From: Candidatus Latescibacterota bacterium
Lineage (GTDB): Bacteria; Latescibacterota; UBA2968; UBA8231
Assembly (NCBI GenBank): GCA_965206595.1
Contig: OZ242214.1
Location: 4,160,001-4,224,000 of the forward strand
Length of the DNA: 64,000 nucleotides
Reading direction: 5' to 3'
The notes beneath the pieces are model-generated. The model ran no database searches, had not been told where the DNA came from, and saw only the letters and a program-made list of their open reading frames with translations. Shown here piece after piece: positions 9,766 to 18,664 of this stretch. The position numbers and the translations under genes are program-made. How positions within the stretch are numbered: position 1 is the first letter of the stretch; the number at the start of each line of letters is the position of its first letter.

Positions 9766-10992
9766 ATGAAAGTGCCCTTTCCCCCTGGCAAGCAGATCGC
9801 CGGCATTCCACTGCTGCTGGCCGCTGTCCTTGCCGGCTGCTACACCCACTCCGGCCAGCCGGGGGACTCCGCTCCCGGGATCAGCTACCTCGACGAACGT
9901 TCGCTCGGGGGCGCCGTCGCGATGGAAGGCCATGTCGTCCTCCTTCACCTCGAAAGCCCGGAGGCGGAGCAGGCCCATCGCGGCGATACGGGAGAAATCG
10001 GTACTGACGTGATTCCCCTTGTCTTCGAGCGCCGGTCGCAGCGAACCCTGCGCATCGGAAGCTGGGCCCACCCTTCGAGCAGGGTCGAGCTGATCGATGC
10101 CTCGGGGACGGTTCTGCTCCGCGCCGGCGCGGCCTCGCCGTCAGCTACCGCCGATATTCCCCGGGGGCGCTACCGGCTGTGCGTATCCCAGGGCGAGGGA
10201 CGCCGGGGGGTAGGGACGCTGTTTATGCGGGCAGATCCCGACACGATGGTGGTTTCCAAGGACTGCCGCGGATGCCGCCTGTCCGGAGCGGATCTCGGGA
10301 GGGCGCGCCTGGCCGCCGCGGACCTGGGCGGCGCCGAACTGCGCGCCGCGAACCTCACCTCCGCCGACCTTACGGAGTCCCGGCTTTCCGGGGCCAACCT
10401 GCGGGGAGCGGTGGTCAACCGGGCGCGCCTTTCAGGGGCGGCCCTGCGGCAGACCGATCTCACGGGGGCAGACCTGATCGCCAGCGACCTGTCCGGGGCC
10501 GATCTCGGGAAGGCGGTAGCCCGCGACGCCAGCTTCGACAGCACCAGCATGGAAGAGGCCGACCTCTCAGGCGCCGACCTGACGGGGGCGACCCTGCGGG
10601 GTGCCGTGCTCAGCGGCGCGGACCTGCGCGGCGCCCGCTTCGTGGGCTCGGAGCTCGACGGGGCGGTCATGAGGTCCGCTGACCTGGGAAACGCCGACTT
10701 CGGAGGCGCGCGGCTCGTGGGGGTCGACCTGGGGGATGCTCTCATCGACAAGGTCGACTTCATCGCTGCCGATCTGCGCCGGGCCAACCTGAAGGGGGCC
10801 CGCCTGGGACGGGTCAAGCTCCGGGGTTGCAGTCTGATCGGTGCCACATGGACGGACGGGACCGTCTGCGGTCACGGATCGGAAGGGCGCTGTGTTCCGA
10901 TGTCTCCGGGAATGCTGCTGCCTGGGCTGGTCCAGTCAGTGGTGCCCGCGGATAGCGGGGGAGCCGAAGTTCCCCGGAGGTCAGGCAAGTGA
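9766..10992 (+). CDS. Pentapeptide-repeat lipoprotein
   Basis: Lipobox LAGC; long A(D/N)LxG pentapeptide tract flanked by CRGC and WTDG..C...C caps. Confidence 0.85.
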   Translation: MKVPFPPGKQIAGIPLLLAAVLAGCYTHSGQPGDSAPGISYLDERSLGGAVAMEGHVVLLHLESPEAEQAHRGDTGEIGTDVIPLVFERRSQRTLRIGSWAHPSSRVELIDASGTVLLRAGAASPSATADIPRGRYRLCVSQGEGRRGVGTLFMRADPDTMVVSKDCRGCRLSGADLGRARLAAADLGGAELRAANLTSADLTESRLSGANLRGAVVNRARLSGAALRQTDLTGADLIASDLSGADLGKAVARDASFDSTSMEEADLSGADLTGATLRGAVLSGADLRGARFVGSELDGAVMRSADLGNADFGGARLVGVDLGDALIDKVDFIAADLRRANLKGARLGRVKLRGCSLIGATWTDGTVCGHGSEGRCVPMSPGMLLPGLVQSVVPADSGGAEVPRRSGK

Positions 10993-11555
10993 ACGGAATT
11001 ACCGGAAGCATCGCGGCGAGCTGTCTTTCCCGCCTTCGCCGGCTGGCCCTGGCGGCCGCAGTCGGATCGTGTCTTTTTCTCACCGCCGCAGCCTCGGCGG
11101 CTCCGAAATCGCAGTTCACGCTGCCGACTCTCGACGGCGGGCAGTTCTCCCTGCAGGAGGCCCTGAAGCAGGGTCCGGTGGTTCTCGATTTCTGGGCGAC
11201 CTGGTGCAAGCCGTGCATCAAGGCGCTGCCGAAGCTGCAGAAAATCGCCGAGGAGTACCGGGAGCGCGGGGTCGGGGTTTACACCGTGAACACCGATGGG
11301 CCGCGCAACCAGCCCAAGGTGCGGCCGTTCCTGAAGCGCCACCGGCTCGAGCTGCCGGTACTCTTCGACCACACGAGGCAGGTGATGAAGCAGTTTCAGC
11401 TCTCCGTCCTTCCGGCGACGATGATCATCTCGACCGAAGGGGCAGTCGTGTACAAGCACGTGGGGTACAAACCAGGCGACGAAACCGGGCTCCGCGACAA
11501 GCTGGCGGAGCTGCTGTCAGTGCAACTCGATTCCACGGAAAGCAGGAGCGAATGA
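10989..11555 (+). CDS. TlpA-family thiol:disulfide oxidoreductase, exported
   Basis: Signal peptide and DFWATWCKPC. The GTG start overlaps the previous stop (GTGA). Confidence 0.9.
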   Translation: MNGITGSIAASCLSRLRRLALAAAVGSCLFLTAAASAAPKSQFTLPTLDGGQFSLQEALKQGPVVLDFWATWCKPCIKALPKLQKIAEEYRERGVGVYTVNTDGPRNQPKVRPFLKRHRLELPVLFDHTRQVMKQFQLSVLPATMIISTEGAVVYKHVGYKPGDETGLRDKLAELLSVQLDSTESRSE

Positions 11556-12436
11556 AAACCCCGATCAGGCGTAGATGGCGGTCGGCCGGCGCGGCGATCG
11601 CGTGCGGTGCCTTTCTGATTTGCGGGCCGAACGGCGCCGAAGCCCAGGTGACCATCGGCGATATCGCCCCCGAGTTCGAGCTCGAAACAGTGGACGGTCA
11701 GTTCGTCTCGCTGAGCGACTTCCGCGACGAAAAGGTTGTCTTTCTCAATATTTTGGGGAACACCTGACCGTACTGTATCGCGGGGGCCGCGAATTCCGAA
11801 GCAATATGGCAGGACTACGGGGGCGACGGCTTCATCGCACTCGGCATCGACATCTGGAACGCCAGTCCCGCTGGCGTCCAGGCAGTATGGATCGACGACG
11901 GGCTGGCCACCTACCCGCTGCTCGTCAACGGTTCCAGTGTCGGCAGCGACTACGGCGTCGGGCAGGACCACTACTTCGTGATCGATCACGAGGGGATCGT
12001 CCGCTACCGGTCCGGCTCCGGCCCGCTCGGCGAACGCTTCGTCGACGGGGAGATCCGCGAGGCAATCGAAGCCTCTCTCGAGGACCTCGCCGACTTCCTG
12101 GAGGATGAGCAAGCGGTGGAGGAAGTGACCACGGAGGTAGCGGCGGGGCCACAGCTTCCTGCCCGGTTCGAGGTGGGGCACGTATACCCGAATCCCTTCA
12201 ATTCCGAAACCACGCTCTCGTTCACGGTGAGGGCGGCAGGATCGCTGACCCTGATGTTGTACGATCTGCGCGGCCGGGTGGTACGCGACTGGTCGGGGCA
12301 TTTCGAGGCCGGAAGGAACTCCCTGACCTGGGACGGCCGTGACCAGGACGGAAATGCTCTTGCCAGCGGGGTGTACATCGCATCGGCGCGGCAGGGGGGC
12401 AGCGCGATAGCGCGCAAGATCACCCTGCTGAAGTAG
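11552..12436 (+). CDS. Secreted AhpC/TSA-redoxin selenoprotein (UxxC) with a T9SS type-A-like/FlgD-Ig C-terminal domain, 294 aa, Sec at codon 72
   Basis: ORF-track pieces ending at 11767 and starting at 11978 are in one frame with only TGA 11765-11767 between them. Readthrough gives VFLNILGNT-U-PYC...FIALGIDIW...YPLL...FVIDHEGIVRY (a complete redoxin fold), then YPNPFN...YDLRGR...WDGRD..G...ASGVY...KITLLK. Confidence 0.88.
11768..11809 (+). promoter_or_regulatory. Bacterial SECIS-like element
   Basis: Upper stem TCGCGG (11778-83) / CCGCGA (11787-92) with a GGG loop 16 nt after the UGA; lower stem CCGTAcTG / CAaTATGG. Confidence 0.75.
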
Positions 12437-12471
12437 CCGGAATCCTCGGCACGACGTCCAGCGAAGGCCGC

Positions 12472-13221
12472 CTACTCCACCAGGGACTCGCGGAGGCTTG
12501 CGATCTGCAGGTCGGAAAGCCCGGCAGAGCGGGCGAACCCCTCGGCCCCTCCGTACCGGGAGTCGAGGAAGCCGAGGACCTTGAGCATGCCTGCGGGCGG
12601 GCAAAACTCCCGCTGGTAGTCGCGCCAGTCGCGAAGTTCGGCTCCGTCCTCGACCTCTGGCGGCTCCGCCTGCCAGCGTTCCCACAGGTACCTCGCAGTC
12701 AGGCCGTAGTCCGCGGCGATGGTCTCCTCAGGCACTCCTGCCATCCTGAGAAGCAGGGCGCTGATCACACCGGTGCGGTCCTTGCCCCCGGCACAGTGGT
12801 ACAGGGCGGGCAGGGCTTCGGCCTCGGCCAGAGTCGCCAGCACCTGGCCGACCTGGCGAGGACGATGCTCCAGCCAGGAGGAGTACGAGCCGAAGATCTT
12901 GTCCGCGGGGGTGCCGACGGCCATGGAATAGGGGATCGGCTCGTCGCCTACGAGGTTGTGGTGGCGGTAGGTCACCTGCCCGGAGTCGGCGAAGACGTTG
13001 GGCCGGTCCGCAAGCTCCTGGGACTGGCGCAGGTCGATGACGGTGCGCAACCCGAGCCCGAGGAGGGTCTGCTGGTCGTCGGCCGTCAGCCGGTGCATGC
13101 TGTCGGCGCGGAAGAAGGTGCGCCACCGCACCCGGCGCCCGTCCGCCGTGGGATAACCTCCTGAATCCCGGATGTTCCAGGCCCCTTCCATTTCGATTCT
13201 GCGACTGGGTTCCGCGCTCAT
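12472..13221 (-). CDS. Tyrosine-protein phosphatase (Y_phosphatase3 / PtpB-like)
   Basis: N.RD.GGY, VIDLR and P-loop HCAGGKDRTG. ATG 13221 follows AAGGGGGAG. Confidence 0.9.
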   Translation of the reverse strand: MSAEPSRRIEMEGAWNIRDSGGYPTADGRRVRWRTFFRADSMHRLTADDQQTLLGLGLRTVIDLRQSQELADRPNVFADSGQVTYRHHNLVGDEPIPYSMAVGTPADKIFGSYSSWLEHRPRQVGQVLATLAEAEALPALYHCAGGKDRTGVISALLLRMAGVPEETIAADYGLTARYLWERWQAEPPEVEDGAELRDWRDYQREFCPPAGMLKVLGFLDSRYGGAEGFARSAGLSDLQIASLRESLVE

Positions 13222-13373
13222 TGCTCCCCCTTTCCGTGTGTGGGGTTGGTAGTTTCTACAGTACGAAAAATGGCCGGGGCCGAAGTAGCCCGCAGCGGTT
13301 TGTTCGAGATCGGTGAAGGCCTGGGGATTGAGAGCGCGGTGTTCGGGCATGCTCCGAGGTCTCCCTGCTGCCG

Positions 13374-14933
13374 CTACAGCACCCTGCTCGTCAGACGTAT
13401 CTCCACCCCTTCGAACCCTAGCACCTCGTAGCAGGTCCCCCCGGTACAGGCCAGCCCGGTGCGCCGTTTTCCCGCGAACAGGTTCGCCGTGTGGGCGTCG
13501 CGGAACAGCCAGCTCGTCCCCAGGGCCCACCAGTAGGTCACCCCCGACTCGGAGGCCCCGATCTCCAGCGGGTCGTTGGACCTCTGGAGCTGCAGCGACC
13601 AGGTCCAGGCCGGATAGCGGGTTACCTCGGCCGCGGCATGCAGGTTTTCGTAAGGGAACCGCCTGCTGCCGAAGCGGCGGTCGACGTCCTGGAACTGCAG
13701 GTCCGCGGCGACGGAGTAGCGCCTGCCCGCGGACCAGTCCCACCGGGTGCCGGCGGTAATCCGCCGCTCGTTCTGGAGTATGCGGCTGCGCGCGAAGTCG
13801 AGGAAACCCTGCCCGTGAAACGTCTCGCCGACCGGGGAATCGAGCTGCAGGAAGTACTCGCTCAGCGACTTCGCCTCCTCCCCGGGACGGGAGCCCCTGC
13901 GGGTGGCCAGGTTCCAGGCGGCGATAAGCCCGACCTGCCGCGGCAGGGCCCAGGTCAGCTCCGCCTGGATTCCGGTTTCGTCGTCAGGGAGCAAGGTGTG
14001 CGTCTGCCGGTTGAGGAGGAAGGCCTCGTGCTCCCGGATCAGGGTAGGCGGGTTGTTGATCGTGGGAAAGTTGAAGTCGTCGTAATCCTTGAGCTCCAGG
14101 CTCAGCCCCCAGGCGCCGCCGGTGAAGGTGCTGGCGAGGTAGAGCCCCCGCGCGTGCTCGCGGTCGAGGGAGAACCAGCTGTCGAGGGCCGGATCGATAC
14201 GGGCGTACTCGCCGTACAGATCGCCGTACCAATCCCGCAACCCGAGCGCTTTCAGCAGGGAACCGAAACGGACCCGGGCATGGGTGGTGGCGCCGCGCTC
14301 TTCGCCGTCGAAATCGAGCACCCCCATGCCGACCTCGAATTCCGCCCAGGGTCGGGCGCTGAAGGCCCCCCCGGAAACGCGCCCGCCGCGGCGCTCGGGG
14401 CCCTTCTGGCCGGGGGCGAGCTCGCTGTCCACCGGGCTGCCGGTGAGCAGCAGCAGGTCGACGTCTCCCCGGCGGTAGCGGACCTGGAAACCGCCGAGGT
14501 CCTGCGTGATCTGGTAGCGCCTCCGGGAGACGCGGTTTTCGGTGACGACTCCGGGAAGCTCGAAGGCGTGCAACAGCAGTCCGCTGCCGACGAGGGTGAG
14601 GTAGGTCCCCGCGATCGCCTCGAAACCTCCCTGCCGGTAGGAGAGGGAGCGCTGGGCGAGATGGAAGTAGTCGCGCCCGCCTTCGCTGGAGCGGAACGCC
14701 TCGCTGCGCAGGCTGGCGAGAAAACCTTCGGTTTCAAAGCCAAAATTCAGCTGCTGGTAGACCGTGCGCAGATCGCCGGGCTCCGACCCGGGCAGGTTGC
14801 CGAGTTGGTACTCGTGATGGGCGGTCAGCTGCGGCTGGGAAGTAGCAGGTCCCGCGGCGGCCAGCATGCCGGCCAGGAACGAACAGGCGAGTCGCCGGAG
14901 GGGGGATGGAGCTTTATCTGCTTTCTGCGGCAT
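13374..14933 (-). CDS. DUF6029-like outer-membrane beta-barrel protein
   Basis: Signal peptide, amphipathic strands, ELKDY...NNPPTLIREH and C-terminal GKRRTGLACTGGTCYEVLGFEGVEIRL (CxGGxC). Confidence 0.7.
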   Translation of the reverse strand: MPQKADKAPSPLRRLACSFLAGMLAAAGPATSQPQLTAHHEYQLGNLPGSEPGDLRTVYQQLNFGFETEGFLASLRSEAFRSSEGGRDYFHLAQRSLSYRQGGFEAIAGTYLTLVGSGLLLHAFELPGVVTENRVSRRRYQITQDLGGFQVRYRRGDVDLLLLTGSPVDSELAPGQKGPERRGGRVSGGAFSARPWAEFEVGMGVLDFDGEERGATTHARVRFGSLLKALGLRDWYGDLYGEYARIDPALDSWFSLDREHARGLYLASTFTGGAWGLSLELKDYDDFNFPTINNPPTLIREHEAFLLNRQTHTLLPDDETGIQAELTWALPRQVGLIAAWNLATRRGSRPGEEAKSLSEYFLQLDSPVGETFHGQGFLDFARSRILQNERRITAGTRWDWSAGRRYSVAADLQFQDVDRRFGSRRFPYENLHAAAEVTRYPAWTWSLQLQRSNDPLEIGASESGVTYWWALGTSWLFRDAHTANLFAGKRRTGLACTGGTCYEVLGFEGVEIRLTSRVL

Positions 14934-14980
14934 CGTAGTTTCTCGACATAAGAAGACAAGCGATTCGGCGGATAGGCTCA

Positions 14981-15766
14981 ATGGAGCGAAGCGTTTTCGA
15001 GGGACTGGATGGGAAGCAGGCGGGGCGGCGTTCGGCCAAACCGCGGTCGGCAGGCCTTACCATGGTCGTCGACTGGGGAATGGGATCGAACCGGCAGAGG
15101 GACCTGCAGGATGCCGGCGGTCCCTTCATCGATTTTGCGAAGGTGGCGGTCGGAGTTTCCCGGCTCCTTCCCGGCTCCCTGCTGCAGGGCAAGATCGACT
15201 CCTATCTCGCCGGGGACATAGAGCCGTTTCCGGGAGGACAGTACCTGGAGTATGCGGAAACGGAAGGGAAGCTCGAGCGCTATTTCGAGGCGGTCGCCGA
15301 GGCCGGTTATCGCTGGGTCGAGGTCTCCGACAACCTGCTGCCTGCCACCGCGTCCTGGAAGGAGACGACCATCCGCAGGGCCCGGGAGGAATTCGGCCTG
15401 AACGTCCTCGGGGAGGTCGGCAGGAAGGAGGGGCTCGAAAACTCCATACCCCTGTCCGACAACGCCAGGATATGCCTCGAAGCCGGGGCCCAGCTCATCC
15501 TGCTGGAGGCGGCCGAACTGCTGGCGGGCGACAGCGCCACATTGGCAGCGGTCGAGGATATCGTCGTCGCGGCCGGTCTCGAAAAGGTGATGTTCGAGCT
15601 TCCCGGTCCCTGGATCGGGGGGGTGACCGCGAGCGACGTCCATCGCATCCGGCGCGAGCTGATCGACCGCTATGGAACCGAGGTCAATTTCGGCAACGTC
15701 GCTGCCGACGACCTTATGTCGCTCGAGGCTTACCGCCGCGGCCTGGGCATCAACGCCGGCAGCTGA
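14981..15766 (+). CDS. comA: Phosphosulfolactate synthase (ComA family)
   Basis: KPR..GLTMVVD.G, IDFAK, VEVSD, EVG.K, FELP and G.EVN.GNV...D..SLE..R.GL. Confidence 0.85.
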   Translation: MERSVFEGLDGKQAGRRSAKPRSAGLTMVVDWGMGSNRQRDLQDAGGPFIDFAKVAVGVSRLLPGSLLQGKIDSYLAGDIEPFPGGQYLEYAETEGKLERYFEAVAEAGYRWVEVSDNLLPATASWKETTIRRAREEFGLNVLGEVGRKEGLENSIPLSDNARICLEAGAQLILLEAAELLAGDSATLAAVEDIVVAAGLEKVMFELPGPWIGGVTASDVHRIRRELIDRYGTEVNFGNVAADDLMSLEAYRRGLGINAGS

Positions 15767-15839
15767 TCGGCCGGGGGCGAACCGCAATGACACCCAGTCG
15801 ATCCGCGTCCGGGTCAGCGAACCCCGCAGGCAGCAGTTC

Positions 15840-16685
15840 ATGAGGTCGGCCACCGCCTTCGCCCCAGGCAGCATTTCCGGTCTCTTCAAGATCATCGCCG
15901 ACGCCGACCCGGAGAAGATGCACTCCCTCGGGCTCAGCTTCACCGTTGCCGAGGGGGCCGAGGTCACCGTTTCGGAAGCCTCGCGCACCGCCGTCGCCTT
16001 CAACGGAGAGGAGATCCGCTTCCCGACCGTGGCGACCCTGGCAAGGCGGCTGAGCGACCGCGATTTCCACGTCGCCGTCGAGTCGGCCCTGCCGCTGAGC
16101 TGCGGATTTGGCCTGAGCGGGGCCTCCGCCCTCGCCGCGGCGTACGCCATCGATCGCCTGCTCGGCCTCGGCATGGCCGCAGAAGAGCTGGCACTGCACG
16201 CCCACGTGGCCGAGGTGGAGAACCTGACCGGGCTCGGGGACGTCTGCGCGCAGTACCACGGCGGATGCCTGGTCAAGCTGGCCCCCGGGTCTCCGCTGGT
16301 GGCACAGCGCCTCGGAGTGGCGGAGGGGGCGCCCATCCATTTCCGGTATTTCGGGCCGATAAGCACCCGGGAGGTGCTGTCCGATCCTCACCGCCGCGCC
16401 TCGGTGAACCAGGCCGCGGACGCCGCCCTGCGGCAGCTGTCCGGGCTCACCGACCGGGACGAGGTACCCATCGCCGAATGCGTGCGCATCTCCAGGCAGT
16501 TCGCCGGGGACAGCGGCCTGATGACCGATCCCCGGGTCAGGGAGGCGGTCGCTTCGGTGGAAGCCTCGGGAGGGGCGGCCTCGATGATCATGCTCGGGCA
16601 CGCCGTCTTCAGCACCGTCCCGTTCGCAGGCTCGACCGAGACGGCGCTGGCGCTCGACCCCGCCAGGGTGCAGGACGGACCATGA
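15840..16685 (+). CDS. Archaeal-type pantoate kinase (GHMP family, PoK)
   Basis: AFAPG.ISG.F, S.G..F, LP...GFG.SGA.AL, AH.AEV...TGLGDV.AQ..GG and SM.MLG..VF; adjacent to PPS. Confidence 0.85.
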   Translation: MRSATAFAPGSISGLFKIIADADPEKMHSLGLSFTVAEGAEVTVSEASRTAVAFNGEEIRFPTVATLARRLSDRDFHVAVESALPLSCGFGLSGASALAAAYAIDRLLGLGMAAEELALHAHVAEVENLTGLGDVCAQYHGGCLVKLAPGSPLVAQRLGVAEGAPIHFRYFGPISTREVLSDPHRRASVNQAADAALRQLSGLTDRDEVPIAECVRISRQFAGDSGLMTDPRVREAVASVEASGGAASMIMLGHAVFSTVPFAGSTETALALDPARVQDGP

Positions 16686-17419
16686 CCGACGTTCCCGAAA
16701 CCCACCCGCGCTACGAATCGCTGCGGCTGCGGGACGCCGTTGTCGCCGGCGTCGACCGCGGGGTGACCTCGGTACACGGGCTGATCGCCCACGGCCGCGG
16801 CGAGGCGTTCGACTACCTCCTCGGGGAGCGCACCCACGATTTCGCCCGGGAAGCGGTCGCCGCGGCCGCGGCCATGCTGGCGACAGCGCAGAGGCCGGTG
16901 CTGTCCGTCAACGGCAACGCCGCGGCTCTGGTCGCGGAGCGGATGGCGGCGCTCGCTGCGGCCCTCTCCTGCCCCCTGGAGGTCAACCTGTTCCACAGAT
17001 CGCACGAGCGCGAGCGGGCCATCGAAAGGCTGCTGGTCGAAAACGGCGCCACCCGGGTGCTGCTGCCTGCAGGGGACACCTTTCTCGAGGGGATCGACTC
17101 CAACAGGCGCTACGTCCACCCGGATGGGATTCACCGGGCGGACGTGGTCTTCGTGCCCCTCGAGGATGGCGACCGCTGCCAAGTGCTGCGCGCCGCGGGC
17201 AAGGAGGTGGTGACCGTCGACCTCAACCCCCTGTCGCGCACGGCGAAGTTGGCCAGTATCTCCATAGTCGACAACGTCGTCAGGGCGATGCCCATGCTGA
17301 TCGGGGCGGTGGACGCTGCGGCCTCCGACCCGGAAGGGAGCCGGCGTCTGCTCGGTGCGTACGACAACGGCCGCGTCCTGGAGGCGGCGGAGCAATGCAT
17401 GAGGAACCGATGGGAGTGA
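16682..17419 (+). CDS. Archaeal-type phosphopantothenate synthetase (4-phosphopantoate--beta-alanine ligase, PPS)
   Basis: VP..HPRYESL..R, GLIAHGRGEAFDYLLGERT, SVNGN.AAL, EVNLF.R, ADVV.VPLEDGDR, DLNPLSRTA and DN..RA. Confidence 0.92.
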   Translation: MTDVPETHPRYESLRLRDAVVAGVDRGVTSVHGLIAHGRGEAFDYLLGERTHDFAREAVAAAAAMLATAQRPVLSVNGNAAALVAERMAALAAALSCPLEVNLFHRSHERERAIERLLVENGATRVLLPAGDTFLEGIDSNRRYVHPDGIHRADVVFVPLEDGDRCQVLRAAGKEVVTVDLNPLSRTAKLASISIVDNVVRAMPMLIGAVDAAASDPEGSRRLLGAYDNGRVLEAAEQCMRNRWE

Positions 17420-17588
17420 ACTGGTTCGGGTCGTTCGGAACAGCCGGGATTCCCGTGGAATTCCTGCGGGAGGTGGCGGCCGGGGGTCGGCGGGGGATCT
17501 TTGCCGTCTCCGCGGTTCCCGGGAATCACCCCTTTCTCGAAAGTCCGGGCCCCTGTCCCCTGTTCTACCGGAAACTGGAGAAAGCCGG

Positions 17589-18575
17589 ATGAAACTGTAC
17601 CCGGACCACGAGCTTCCGACCCGCGAAGATGTGGTCGCCGCTCACCGCTTCATCGCCCCCCACCTGCCCCCGACTCCGCTGATCAAGGCCCATTCCCTGT
17701 CGCAGCGGCTCGGGTTCGACTACTACGTCAAGTGCGAGAACGTGCAGCCGGTGGGAGCCTTCAAAGTCCGCGGCGGCGTCAACCTGCTGGGGAACCTCGA
17801 CGACGGCGTCAAACGCCTCGGGGTGGTCACGGCGAGCACGGGAAACCACGGGCAGTCGATCGCCTTTGCCGGCGGCTTGTTCGGCATCCCGGTGATCATC
17901 TACGCCCCGGAGAGGAACGCCAATCCGGTGAAGATCGAGGCGATGCGCGCCCTCGGCGCGGATGTGCGGCTTTTCGGGCGGGACTTCGATGAGGCGCGCG
18001 GGGAGGTCGAGGGGGTCGCCGCGGCCGAGGGCCGGCGCTACGTCCACTCGGGCAACGAGCCGCTCCTGATCGCAGGAGTCGGCACCATCGGCCTGGAGAT
18101 CGCCGACGCCCTCCCCGGCGTCGAGGTGATCATCGCCCCGGTAGGGGGAGGCAGCGGCGCCACCGGTATCGCTCTGGCCGTCAAGCAGCAGCGGCCCGGG
18201 ACGCGCGTCATCGGCGTCCAGTCCGCCTCGGCACCTGCCTGTTGGGAGGCCTGGAAGAAAGGGCGACTGGAGGTCGAGTGCGCGATGAATACCGAGCACG
18301 AGGGCTTGGCTACACGGGTGCCGTTTGCGATGACCATGCAGCTCATGTGGGAGCTGCTCGACGATTTCGTGCTCGTCACCGACGAGGAGATCAACGCGGC
18401 GATCCGCCTGCTGGCGAGGCACACCCGGCAGTTGGCGGAGGGGGCCGGGGCCGCGGCAACGGCCGCCGCTGTCAAGCTGCAGGAGGAATTGCAGGGGAAG
18501 ACGGTTGCCGGGGTGCTGAGTGGGGGCAACCTGCCGCTGGCGCGCCTGGCCGGGCTCTTTTCCGGGGAGTCCTGA
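17589..18575 (+). CDS. Threonine/serine dehydratase (PLP fold type II)
   Basis: K.EN.Q..GAFKVRG, STGNHG, PVGGGSG, EGAGAA and SGGN. Confidence 0.9.
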   Translation: MKLYPDHELPTREDVVAAHRFIAPHLPPTPLIKAHSLSQRLGFDYYVKCENVQPVGAFKVRGGVNLLGNLDDGVKRLGVVTASTGNHGQSIAFAGGLFGIPVIIYAPERNANPVKIEAMRALGADVRLFGRDFDEARGEVEGVAAAEGRRYVHSGNEPLLIAGVGTIGLEIADALPGVEVIIAPVGGGSGATGIALAVKQQRPGTRVIGVQSASAPACWEAWKKGRLEVECAMNTEHEGLATRVPFAMTMQLMWELLDDFVLVTDEEINAAIRLLARHTRQLAEGAGAAATAAAVKLQEELQGKTVAGVLSGGNLPLARLAGLFSGES

Positions 18576-18664
18576 GGAAGCCGGGAAGGCTCCAATCCTT
18601 CCGGTCGATTCGCGATTTCCGGATTGATCTCGACAGCTGACGTTTTTTATCGAAAGGCACCACC

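Noticed and set aside
10270-10850. Periodic 15-bp DNA pattern resembling a repeat array or CRISPR
   Set aside because: Fully explained by the pentapeptide-repeat coding sequence; no constant repeat with unique spacers and no cas genes.
17448-17527. Long imperfect hairpin (GATTCCCG...CGGGAATC) after PPS
   Set aside because: Relies on many G-U pairs in GC-rich DNA, has no U-tract, and no second copy was seen in the window.
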